47,561 nt of DNA. Origin: a virus (Duplodnaviria; Caudoviricetes). Of the stretch, positions 10,401 through 19,600 are shown piece by piece. The first letter of the stretch is position 1. Each line of letters starts with the position of its first letter. The DNA lies in the IMG/VR virus record IMGVR_UViG_3300032328_000352, positions 1 through 47,561 of that record. One strand, given 5' to 3'. The notes below the pieces were generated by a model that was not told where the DNA came from, did not search any database, and saw only the letters and a program-made list of their open reading frames with translations. The position numbers and the translations under genes are program-made.

Positions 10401-13400
10401 AGTGGGGTTGACAGCAATAGCATTGTCCCCCGGTCTGCTGGTAGTCGTAGAAGTAGGGTTTTTGATTACACCATCTACGGTTTGGAATCCAGTATTATCA
10501 GATAGGGCTTCTCCGTCAGTTCCATCTAAATAGGGGCCATAAGGAACGGAATCAGCCATAGCGCGGAGAATTACATTGGCACCTCTAGAGATGCCCAAAT
10601 AATGCATCGTGTCGGGTGATAGTCCGCACGCAAATGGAATTCCATTTTCTTCTTCTTTGTACCCTGGATTAGGTCCCCATTCTCCAATGCCACAGACGAC
10701 AGCGAGCTGATTATCTGGAGAGTACACTAAGACACGTTGATACTTATACATGTCTTTTGTTACGCCTCTTTGCTCAGCCTTACTCGACATAGCTTCGTAT
10801 TTACTACCCTTACCTGCGAAGCTTGATGTATTATTCTTAGTTGGCCAGTAAGATGATATATACCATTGCTCAACATCAGGCGGTAGAAGTCCAAAAGCTC
10901 CGGATTGACCTGGTGCCGATGGATTTTCATATCCAATCGTTTGGTTGAGATTAGGATTAGGAGTTTTTCCATCTCCTACCGCAAACTTTTCTCCTCCACC
11001 CCAATCAACAGCAAAGCCATCAGTACCGAGGCGAGGCGCATTGTTTCCGGCTCCATCTCCAGCAGATCTATCCATATTGTAAGGCCAACGTGCATTCTGC
11101 GGTAGATCAGCAAGTTGCTTATGCCCTGTACCAGCCGTAACAGATTCACCCTCTGCAGGTAGGTGCATTTCTAGACTGGCTCGTCCCTCTGTCATAGGAA
11201 TGAAAGCGCCGTTTGCCCATTCGACTGGTAGTTTTTTCACTCTGTCTGGAGTTACCGTATACTTAGCTTGACCCTCAAGGTACCCAGCGGCGTTGATGTT
11301 CGTAGAGTTACCAACCGCTTGCTTGTCCAGAGACTGAATATCATTGACTTGCTTTTGGAACTCTTCAAATGAACTCATATTTTGTTGAGCTATTCTTTGA
11401 AGCTCAACCATTTCCGAGTCAGGGACTTCAATGTCTGGCTTTTGAGTTGGGCCTACTCCGGTAGAGATAGGAATAACACCAGAGGTATAGAGCCAGTGAG
11501 GCTTTCCATAAAACACGGTAGATCTATCTTCAAATGGACGGACCGCAACTATATAGTTAGGAAGAAGTCCAGCGCAAAGACGGAACAAATCCCATACAGT
11601 CTTGTTGTAGGTCTGCGCTCGGAAGGAAATCTCATCATAACCAGGAAGATCATCATCCTGGTTTGCTGACATAATTCCAAATAGACTTCCTATTGGTCCA
11701 TTGAGCATTCTCTTACCAGCATTGAAGATGGTAAATGGATTCGTTAGGGCGTCGGCTGTCCCAAACGCAAATCCTATAGGTCCTCCAACATAAGGTATTT
11801 CATCTATGTTCAACCAACCCACTAACTTATTACTTAAGGCAAATGGATTTAAAGCTATAGCTGTGACTTCAGCGCCAGTCATCAAAAGACTTCCGACTAT
11901 GCCGACTCCTTCTTCGAGAAGACTTTTATCTTCTTGAAAACTTATGTCTACGTCTGGAGCAACAAAGTCATTTTCATTCAAAAGACTTACTAGCGCGGTA
12001 TCATCTTCGCTTGACATGCCAAGATCTACCTTCGTGGCGTCTACCACCGCTAGGTTTTCTTCTGCTACTTCAGAAGCAGTAGGGGGAGTAACTGCGGTAT
12101 TTTGACTGTCCTGAGTTTTCTCTGGTTCTTTAGAAAGTGAAGCAGTCATAGTAGACACTATGACTCCTGCATCTATCATATCGCCAGCCATGTATTGAGC
12201 AATACCCAATCCATTACCTGGATAAATGTTTCGCTTGAAGATTTCGTAGTCACGCTTTTTAAATGAGTTAACCCACATTGCTTGCATGACGCCAATCATG
12301 TTGACATTGAACACAGCAGAAAAGCTACCGAAATCCAACCCTGCCAGGTCTTGAGCTAACGATCCTCCAGCCGTAGCCAAGGCGTCTGCACTTGCCCCTT
12401 GTGGCTCCTTCGAAAGGGAAATACTTCTAGCAGCTGCGTAATATTTTTCAAGATTAGATATGTTCTCTTTTGAACTCATTGGCTCATAAAGTATCGAACC
12501 AAAGTGACGAATACCGAATCTGTTTTCAGAGAAGATGACACCCTTTGTACCCCAAGAGACCCACTCTTTGAAGGCACTAGATCCCATTGACATCAGTCGA
12601 ACCATTAAGTCTCTTGGTTCTGACAACCAGAAACCAGTATTTATACCGCCGTCTAAGGTTCCAGAGTGACCCTTTTTGTTGGTAGTATTAACCTGAGCTG
12701 TAAGTTCTACTGCATCTGACTGAGCGATAACGGTCATGATATCGCCTTGCTCTACTTCGGTAATAACGCCATTGAAGAGAGTTTGCAGTGAGTTAGGATT
12801 GGCACCATATCCACCGCGAAGATGGACTCTGATTCCAGGCTTCAATCTTATGTTGCTAAGCTGAATGATCTGATCAGTTAATCCGCTCGCATAGTTTCTT
12901 TGTCTATTCTCGAAAACAGAAATTACCTTACCAATTGCTCCGTCTAATAGCGGGTCATCTTGTGCTATTAGCTGATCCTTATACGGAGTGGATAGTCTTT
13001 GGAATAGGTTAGACAATCTTAGAACGAGAGTGTCTTCTAATGAATCTTCTGATTGCATGACAGAGAAATCTATGACGGAGTTAAGTCCGTAGAAGTTATC
13101 AAACAACTTCATGCCTGCGAATCTTCCGCCCTCATCAATCAACCACAACATATAAGTTGGGAAGGCGCGGATCATTCTTCCATCAAGCTGACGATAATTC
13201 CAGTCCTTCATCATACTTTCGAACTGCATCGTGGGGTTATCTAACCCATTGCCGTATTCTTTTTGGTAAGAAGAAATAGGAACCGCAGATGGCGTACTGG
13301 ATTGGTTTATGTTTTTGGATGCTAGATCTTCTCTGAATCCATGTTCATTGAGGAATACCTCATCATCCTTGCCCGTTTTCGCATCGTAAGATCCGAGCAC

Positions 13401-16235
13401 CATTGCGCCAGCTTGAGTTTGCTCTATATAGTAAACCTTGCTTTGCTCAGCGTCCATCGTGCCAAGGCTGTACCTAAGAGGTACGCCATCTTTCTTTATC
13501 TTTGGTGTGCCACTAGAAATTATATTACCTCTGGTATCGAAGGTCCAACCATCAGGAAGGGCAACTCCAGATTCAATGGTTTCTCTAATTTCTCTTTGAT
13601 ATTTTTGACGCTCATTAACCCAGGCTTCGCGCAACGGGTCACCCTCTGGTGGCAGATTATTAGACAGATAAGAATAGACTGTCAACTTGCTTGCAAGATC
13701 AGATTCAGTAGCCCACTGATAGGCAGACGTATCGTTATTCCTGAACGCTCTGAAATACCAGTCTGGATCAAGGTGACCTGCAACGTTGTTCTCTTCGTCT
13801 CTAACGTCAAGAGGCAAATCGGGGTAAGCGTTAAAGGCTCCCCACTTCTGCTTGATTCTCAAGAAAGGATTGCGCTTACCGAAAGCGTCAATAAGTTCTT
13901 TCTGTTGATTGCTGGAGAGCTGCTCGCGCTTTTGTTGGAAGATGTCAAAGTCTACAAAAGACATTCTAACTTGATAAACATGAGGGAAGTTAGGAACAGT
14001 ATCTACTTCAAAACTAAGCGGTAGGACATACTTAATACCACATAGAGAGGTTACAACATTCTTAACACCCAAGAAGCCAAGTACGCCGTGTCCATGCTCC
14101 AGGCGAGCTAGTCCGCCAATGTGTTCAAACATACGACGGAATCTGGTCAGATTGACTTCACCCAAAATCATCATAGATACGTTCACCATAGAATCACCGC
14201 CACCGATGTGTTGGTGCACTGGTTCATCTTGCATCTGGACTTGCAGGCGAGCTATAGAGTTAGAAAGACTTACAGAGACGCCTTGGACTATACATGAAGA
14301 CCAGTCAATGAGGACTTTCTCCATCGGTACTTTCCACTCGTTAATTCTGTAGTCATTATCTTCAAAGTTTTGCTGCTCAATTTTTGTTCTGAAGAATGGA
14401 TCTGTAAGATATGACTGATAAATAGCCAAGAACCATTGGAACTTTAGTTCGGTCTTGAACGCATCAAGTGCCTCAGTGTCTGGGTCAAAGCTTTTAGCTT
14501 TAATCGCATTCTCGACAGAGTTATCTATGAAGTTATTCAATCTCTTGCTATCCATAGATTCCCAGCCAATTTTTTGAAGCTCTAACCAATTACGGAGTAG
14601 TGCCTTTTCGCTGGTAACTTGTCTATTCTTAATGGCTGTATCATATTCAAAGAAGTTAAAGTTAGGACGATCAATAGCGGTGATTCCGACTAAGTCTAGA
14701 ATGCCGCCCCACTTCTCCCTGGTAATTACATCATCTTCTCCGGGCTGTCTGAAGTCTGTGGTGTCAGGAACGAATAGTCTAGATGGTGTGGATCTCGGCA
14801 TGTAGAAATCAAAGAACCTACCGTCTCTAAGATCTGCGGTCTTATCGTATCTGGGAATTAAATCTCCCTCATACAATACTACGGTTTCTGGATCAGGCCA
14901 TTTCCAATCCTCTGGACGACCAGCCTTATTCCAATCTATTTCTGCTTTATCTTGTTCTCTTTGAATTTGCTCAGGGGTCTTGTTAACCGAAAGGAATCCC
15001 TGATTAACTACTGAGTCTAAACGTGACGCAGCCTTACCCATATACTGGCGGTACTTACCCCAGTGGAAAGCCTGATCAAAGTCATCGATCATAGGCAAGT
15101 AAACCTTGTGGTTGAACTTAGCCATCTGCAAGTTGACCATCAAGCAGAAAGGATACTCCGGCATTGTCTGCACTGACATACCGAGCATCGTTACTGCGTG
15201 GATGTCGTGGGCCTGATTCAAATACTGGTTACGAACTGGAAGAAAGGGTGCATATCTAAACTGAGTTACTAACCCACGTAAAGAAGAAAGGAAGAAGTCT
15301 ATCTCTTCATCACTAGTTGTGTATTGACCATCAGTAGAATGCTTTTGTGGATCCCAATTGAACTCAGCTGTCTCTCCAATAAAACCCCAAATGGTTTCAT
15401 GATTGGGGAAGAACAAAGTCATTTCTATGCTTGTTTCAGAGTGACCGCTATTAAACTTGGGTGAGTTTGGTTGACGAATCGCCGCACCACTAAAGCTACC
15501 AGCCTTAAACGCTTGAGATACATTTATACTAGTGGGTGGTACATAAAAAGTGGAGGCACCTATTCTACATTGCCAAGGAGCAACTGAGTTAGGAGGATTG
15601 TCATCTCTGAACTTGCCCCAACTTCTTAAAAGAACTTCATCTAAAGAAGTATTAAGATGTTCGAATGCCGGTTCTAGATCTTCACCTATTACGTTAAGTT
15701 GTTCTTGTATGTAATTGAATGGATCGGTATTTTTAAGTACAGTAGCTTGGGTCTGCTTATACTTCTTATACTCTTCAAGAAGGTAGTATATTTGATATAC
15801 ATGCTGTTTAGCAGTCGTGGAGATTTCTGGATTATCCTTTAGATAATCGGCAACGTCGCCTTCATCAGAAATATCTACACCAGAGTCTACATTTTCAATG
15901 TACTCAGTTGTAAAAACTTTTCCATACTCAGTTATGAATGCAGTAACAAACTCTTCTGCACCGGACTCAACCATTACATCAAGAGCTGCTCTTTGATCGG
16001 CTGTTATTAATCCCTTTTGAATGTTAAGAATTATACGCTCAGGGTCGTCAAAAACACCAAGAGTAGAAGAGAAGAGGGTTCTGAAATCGGCCTTGAGTGA
16101 GCTATCACTAGACTCTTGAAGTTCGTCATAGGTCAGGCCAAAAAAAGCCGTTGACACTAGATCTTTCAACGACTCATTTCCAGCACCCGTCGTGCCGTCT
16201 TTAGGTTCCTCTACTGGTCTTTCACCTGGTGGCAT
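7416..16235 (-). CDS. Giant baseplate hub fusion protein (tube-like domains, gp27/GpD-like hub, DPBB insert, glycine zipper, C-terminal SNase)
   Basis: 2939 aa. Hub motifs RVHLRGGYG..LFNGVITEV..TVIAQSD and VLGNPDIRAHDLVYL..GMFEVEKVIHHF..GFVTSI. RlpA-like RVLV..AVVCGIGEWGP..GLSP..LG. C-terminal VIDGDT..IRFTGTNTSE..YDRFLGTVF..VNWEMVMTGYG. Confidence 0.8.
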   Translation of the reverse strand: MPPGERPVEEPKDGTTGAGNESLKDLVSTAFFGLTYDELQESSDSSLKADFRTLFSSTLGVFDDPERIILNIQKGLITADQRAALDVMVESGAEEFVTAFITEYGKVFTTEYIENVDSGVDISDEGDVADYLKDNPEISTTAKQHVYQIYYLLEEYKKYKQTQATVLKNTDPFNYIQEQLNVIGEDLEPAFEHLNTSLDEVLLRSWGKFRDDNPPNSVAPWQCRIGASTFYVPPTSINVSQAFKAGSFSGAAIRQPNSPKFNSGHSETSIEMTLFFPNHETIWGFIGETAEFNWDPQKHSTDGQYTTSDEEIDFFLSSLRGLVTQFRYAPFLPVRNQYLNQAHDIHAVTMLGMSVQTMPEYPFCLMVNLQMAKFNHKVYLPMIDDFDQAFHWGKYRQYMGKAASRLDSVVNQGFLSVNKTPEQIQREQDKAEIDWNKAGRPEDWKWPDPETVVLYEGDLIPRYDKTADLRDGRFFDFYMPRSTPSRLFVPDTTDFRQPGEDDVITREKWGGILDLVGITAIDRPNFNFFEYDTAIKNRQVTSEKALLRNWLELQKIGWESMDSKRLNNFIDNSVENAIKAKSFDPDTEALDAFKTELKFQWFLAIYQSYLTDPFFRTKIEQQNFEDNDYRINEWKVPMEKVLIDWSSCIVQGVSVSLSNSIARLQVQMQDEPVHQHIGGGDSMVNVSMMILGEVNLTRFRRMFEHIGGLARLEHGHGVLGFLGVKNVVTSLCGIKYVLPLSFEVDTVPNFPHVYQVRMSFVDFDIFQQKREQLSSNQQKELIDAFGKRNPFLRIKQKWGAFNAYPDLPLDVRDEENNVAGHLDPDWYFRAFRNNDTSAYQWATESDLASKLTVYSYLSNNLPPEGDPLREAWVNERQKYQREIRETIESGVALPDGWTFDTRGNIISSGTPKIKKDGVPLRYSLGTMDAEQSKVYYIEQTQAGAMVLGSYDAKTGKDDEVFLNEHGFREDLASKNINQSSTPSAVPISSYQKEYGNGLDNPTMQFESMMKDWNYRQLDGRMIRAFPTYMLWLIDEGGRFAGMKLFDNFYGLNSVIDFSVMQSEDSLEDTLVLRLSNLFQRLSTPYKDQLIAQDDPLLDGAIGKVISVFENRQRNYASGLTDQIIQLSNIRLKPGIRVHLRGGYGANPNSLQTLFNGVITEVEQGDIMTVIAQSDAVELTAQVNTTNKKGHSGTLDGGINTGFWLSEPRDLMVRLMSMGSSAFKEWVSWGTKGVIFSENRFGIRHFGSILYEPMSSKENISNLEKYYAAARSISLSKEPQGASADALATAGGSLAQDLAGLDFGSFSAVFNVNMIGVMQAMWVNSFKKRDYEIFKRNIYPGNGLGIAQYMAGDMIDAGVIVSTMTASLSKEPEKTQDSQNTAVTPPTASEVAEENLAVVDATKVDLGMSSEDDTALVSLLNENDFVAPDVDISFQEDKSLLEEGVGIVGSLLMTGAEVTAIALNPFALSNKLVGWLNIDEIPYVGGPIGFAFGTADALTNPFTIFNAGKRMLNGPIGSLFGIMSANQDDDLPGYDEISFRAQTYNKTVWDLFRLCAGLLPNYIVAVRPFEDRSTVFYGKPHWLYTSGVIPISTGVGPTQKPDIEVPDSEMVELQRIAQQNMSSFEEFQKQVNDIQSLDKQAVGNSTNINAAGYLEGQAKYTVTPDRVKKLPVEWANGAFIPMTEGRASLEMHLPAEGESVTAGTGHKQLADLPQNARWPYNMDRSAGDGAGNNAPRLGTDGFAVDWGGGEKFAVGDGKTPNPNLNQTIGYENPSAPGQSGAFGLLPPDVEQWYISSYWPTKNNTSSFAGKGSKYEAMSSKAEQRGVTKDMYKYQRVLVYSPDNQLAVVCGIGEWGPNPGYKEEENGIPFACGLSPDTMHYLGISRGANVILRAMADSVPYGPYLDGTDGEALSDNTGFQTVDGVIKNPTSTTTSRPGDNAIAVNPTTGDSFSVDPKAVTNTDAKWWIDRTNERIADSIKNAASSQEAAAYNKAKDLLKQDPVVFAYHFGWKYDTVPSWIDPDTGLGIDVVGEAARQIYDEGASDTIDVVGDGKNTGQAYDIWEDFRWEFRTMQEAKDIYLKHFPLTEAFDKYDDVMDLFLRFMWQVPSNRAWVVNNSERVSEAVQRQVLDGAINIGGAVGGVFGLGGGGDAEGDMTWSWSAIYPVWETFISSRDVFIDEGGTPLSPAAKAYMQANNEDKSGSGSSIAKTVDDVKGWFDDNIGEFIGMVGDTLSGFLAMLRLSMMQIGVGLSLAGTMQRQANIMNALFNDSIYYQEGSDGSLLRLVDNPFTREYGEPVIEIREPFQRVHFLSSFQHIISNNISENLNGVPTVVTATSDGKYPVTVHFDKGISPERQVEVSVETGLFWDNAVGSGITGIFQPLIHPIESLRSITKTATGSSDLLSSKRVALWHLKEGLKDIYTGELLVLGNPDIRAHDLVYLADVYERMYGMFEVEKVIHHFTVDGFVTSIVPNAIVTINDPARWSLIAWAWRKMSEHNIRNDARSMLAVKADRNAALASTKDLSSTDIPNIFSNQMLGAMQYTQGNTALIRDFASMYTMGGMKGLTSADEMSNKIAKIDQQLLFAKAGLTVGGGVVGALVSGPGAVVGAGLGYVGGDLLWKAWGWVKDNLLDQHGCYIQYLNKDGQPLDAGLSYAQGVAVGQHHSISLFPEILGVKTDTIIKNGDNYRITTNDLMAALGWSEIETAYIQRQTSWFVNQINSEVLKVAGRSPDPTVSDKVSVIVAEVLDPFGEYINLYDAHPGVIDGDTLWVRFIESNNPKYAPGSIEKIRFTGTNTSEVLSEYKQNAYTGFDETQLGPQDDLGILATKYLQSKFSDPDNRIIAIRIDVRQEKSYDRFLGTVFHNLPVSSLGTSLTKKKRGEILRDIASREPVIPWDSYMEDGRPYTVNWEMVMTGYGNVDMRDSLWNGQNLNRADQLSAQG

Positions 16236-16667
16236 TTAGGATCCTTTTCGTTTCAGTACAGATGGCGAATCATAATAGTTTTTACCTATTCTGAAATCAG
16301 TATTACGATTCAATGATACACCATTGTAGTTTACAGGAAGATTCACTGTAGGTACTGTCAGCTTCTTGCTGGTATATCTGGCCTTTTGATTGGCGGGATT
16401 CATATAACCGCTATTGTTGTGAGCCAGATGAACAGACTTAGCACCCTTCCAACCGGCAGTTGATCCAGGGTGTATAGAGTTCTTCGGTGTTGTAGTAACC
16501 ATCTGCGCAGACTTACTCACTGCAGTAGCGCCAGAATGCTGTGCTCCACCTGTCGCGGTCTTGGTTGCGTTGCGCGTGGCTGAAAGAGTTGCTTTAGATC
16601 CGATGTTCGGCATCGATGAATGCGAAGCCCAGTTACCTATGTGGCTACCCAACCCTAACAGTTTCAT
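16236..16667 (-). CDS. Small basic low-complexity hypothetical protein
   Basis: Fills the gap exactly, with TAATG overlap upstream and TAA-ATG abutment downstream. 143 aa with 2 Asp and no Glu. Confidence 0.75.
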   Translation of the reverse strand: MKLLGLGSHIGNWASHSSMPNIGSKATLSATRNATKTATGGAQHSGATAVSKSAQMVTTTPKNSIHPGSTAGWKGAKSVHLAHNNSGYMNPANQKARYTSKKLTVPTVNLPVNYNGVSLNRNTDFRIGKNYYDSPSVLKRKGS

Positions 16668-19600
16668 TAAAACCCAAACCTATCTGACATAATAGATTGC
16701 GAATCTTGATAGCCAGTACGCACCGTTTCTCTACCTTTATATATAGTACTGTTCATACTGCCACCAGTAATGGACTGAATTCTGTTCTGTAGTTCTGTTG
16801 GTTCTATGCGGCCATTTACATTGACCTGGTACAACATCCCAGGGCTCATTGAGTTACCAGAAGCCATTGAATATATAGAACTAAAATCATCCGTCTCAGA
16901 ATAATCCTCATAAGCACTACCACCTGGTAGAAGTGGGGGACCACTCATATCTTCTGGAGTTCTATCTAGTTTCTTATCGCCATGTAAAGCTCCAAGGGCT
17001 ACCATAAAACCAAGGCCCATCAATACGCCTTTAGCGCCTTTGGTTTCTCTAACCATCTGCTTAAAGCCATCCATGCTAAAGCGTTGCATAACATGAGCGG
17101 CTTTACTCACAGCCTCAGAGGCTTCATCAGCTGTATTACGCAGACCCAGTAGAGTAGAGCCATCTTTGGATATGCGCCCAGATGATGATAAGACTTCCTC
17201 AGTAGCTTCTGGCAGCGCTAAGACTCCAGTAGAGTCTAGTTCTCCTCGTAGATTTGGAAAGTAATCCCTCAACTCTGTATACAGTTCTGTTGCTCTTGCC
17301 TTTGCTGCGTCTACTGCTTCTGTATTAGAAGAATCTTTAATGGCTTGTAGGTTGAAGTTATATTCTTCTATTTTACTTTTATATCTATGTTTGTTAACCG
17401 CAGAAAACAACATGTCACTCATACTAACGTTTATTCTTGCGTCTGAAGAATCAGTTAGAAGAGATGAGAATATGCCATGTCTCATGCTACCATTAAGTTC
17501 TGCTCTCTTCATTTCAGATACCTTTGCTATAGCAAGTACCTGTCTATCTCTAGCTTTTTGCGCTCCGTCTTCTAGAAGGCCACGGTCCATAAGGAATTGA
17601 AGATTTCTTCTATTTATCTCTTCGCCATCATCCAGATAAGTTGCCGGATCTAGTGAACCATCCAACAGGCCAGACATAATACTTTCAGGAGTTCTTTGTG
17701 AAATCTCTTTTGAGGCTGCTATATAATTATCTATGTACTCTTGCGCAATTGTTATTTCGTCTGCTGTTGGAGCAAAATCGTCTAAGGCTGTTAACCCTAT
17801 AGAATTTTGGGCTACTTTTTCTGATAGCACTTCACTAAGCTTCTGAGAGGATTCAATTCCTTCCTGGATTATTCCGTGAATTCTACCCTTGTTTAAAAGG
17901 ATCTGGTCTAACGTTATATCAGACCCCTCCAACTCTGAGAGTATCGCCTGATGAACCGAAGCCATCTTGGTATCGTATATATACTTATCAAAGCCTATTC
18001 CGTCTCCCAATCCAGCTTTATGGATTTTGATTAGGTTTCTGGTCATCGCCTTCGCTGCATCTTGCGTAATCGTCTCTGCCGCATCGAGAAGTTCCATATC
18101 AGCATTCTTAACCGCGGCGTCAATAATGGTCTCTCGTTGGATTACGTTTACGGATTCTAGTCCCAACCCTTGAAACTTATCGTAATTTGATCTTAAAGTT
18201 TCTGTATATATTTGATCTAATCCAGTTTTTACGTTAGCCCATTGCTCCAAAACCATGTTAGATTCGCTCAATACAGTAGCTCTATAGAAAGCAGCGTCTT
18301 GTATCTGTCCGCTCTCGCTTATAAGTTTTGCTTTTTCAAGCACTCTTTTAGAAAGCGTCTGACCTTGTTGGTTAGCTCTTGAATATGCTCGCATAGCTTC
18401 ATCGTTTAGACTGGTAAAGAATCTAGAATCTGCTAAGTTTTCTGAAGTTCCTTTAAATCTATAGATACCGCTTGGGTTAAGAGATCCATCTACTTCACCT
18501 TTAAATGAACGCAAAAACTCAAGGTGCTGTAGAGCAGATGTATCTTGATTGGAATTAACTATGCTTCTCGCATACTGTGCGTCTAATCCGGCTTGATCAA
18601 ATCCATAGCCCTTTGGCGCATTAACCGAACTACCTGGCCCAAATGATCCTCTTATAGAGATCGAATCGAGGTTGGCTGATAATACTCTGTCTAGCTCTCT
18701 TTGAACTGAGTTCAGTTCTGATCGCAGTTCTTCTAATCTTCTGATCTTAGACTGGGCGTTTCTCAATGCTCTAGGAGTTAGATTTGAAGCGTGCATTTCG
18801 TTATGAAGTGCTTTCATAAAAGTGGAGTCTTTAGAATTAAGTTCTTTCATGATCTGTTTCTTTTTTCTTGAAAGATACTTAACGTTATCTGCTACATCTC
18901 TTTTAACATTCATAAGAGGAACTGTAGTCAAATCAGCGTCCATGAGAAGAAACTCACCAGCTTCTGTTGGGTCACGATAGACAAAAGCAACCGCTTTCCT
19001 TGCCTCTCTATCATACTTAACCACTACGCCTACAGAGTCGTCAAAGTCAGCTCCACCGAGAGTGGATAGTATCCCTCTCGTGTCAAGCGTATTAAAAGAA
19101 ACTCGACCAGTTGTTTCGTCATAGGAGATTCTATTTCTAGCAAAGTCTAATGTTCCTGCGCCTCTTCTGAATGGAGCAGTAGTTCCTTCTGGAGAAATTT
19201 CTGCTCTAAATCCACCTATCACTTTTCTTCTATAGTCATAGTTAGGCAGGCGAGAAAAGGTTCCCAAGTTCATTACTTCTTTTCCGCTACGTAGCTTGGA
19301 GAAGTGTTTGTTGTACATCGAGATAAATTGACGACCCATGACATCAACTTCATCTGGATTAACTCCATAATCCAACATGGTACGAATACGCTTTGCAAAC
19401 TCTTTCGTCTGCATGTACTCATCGAATTCTACTTGTGACATTGTATCTAGAAGAGAAGAGTCCTCCAGTATTTTATCGACCATCTGGCTAAGTGCACCGG
19501 TCTTGGAAATGGGAGAAGAAATCATATCGATAACTTCATCAGCTTCTGCTTGAAATGATCTTTGAAGATATTCCGGTGTAAATATTTCAGGGAAGGCAGT

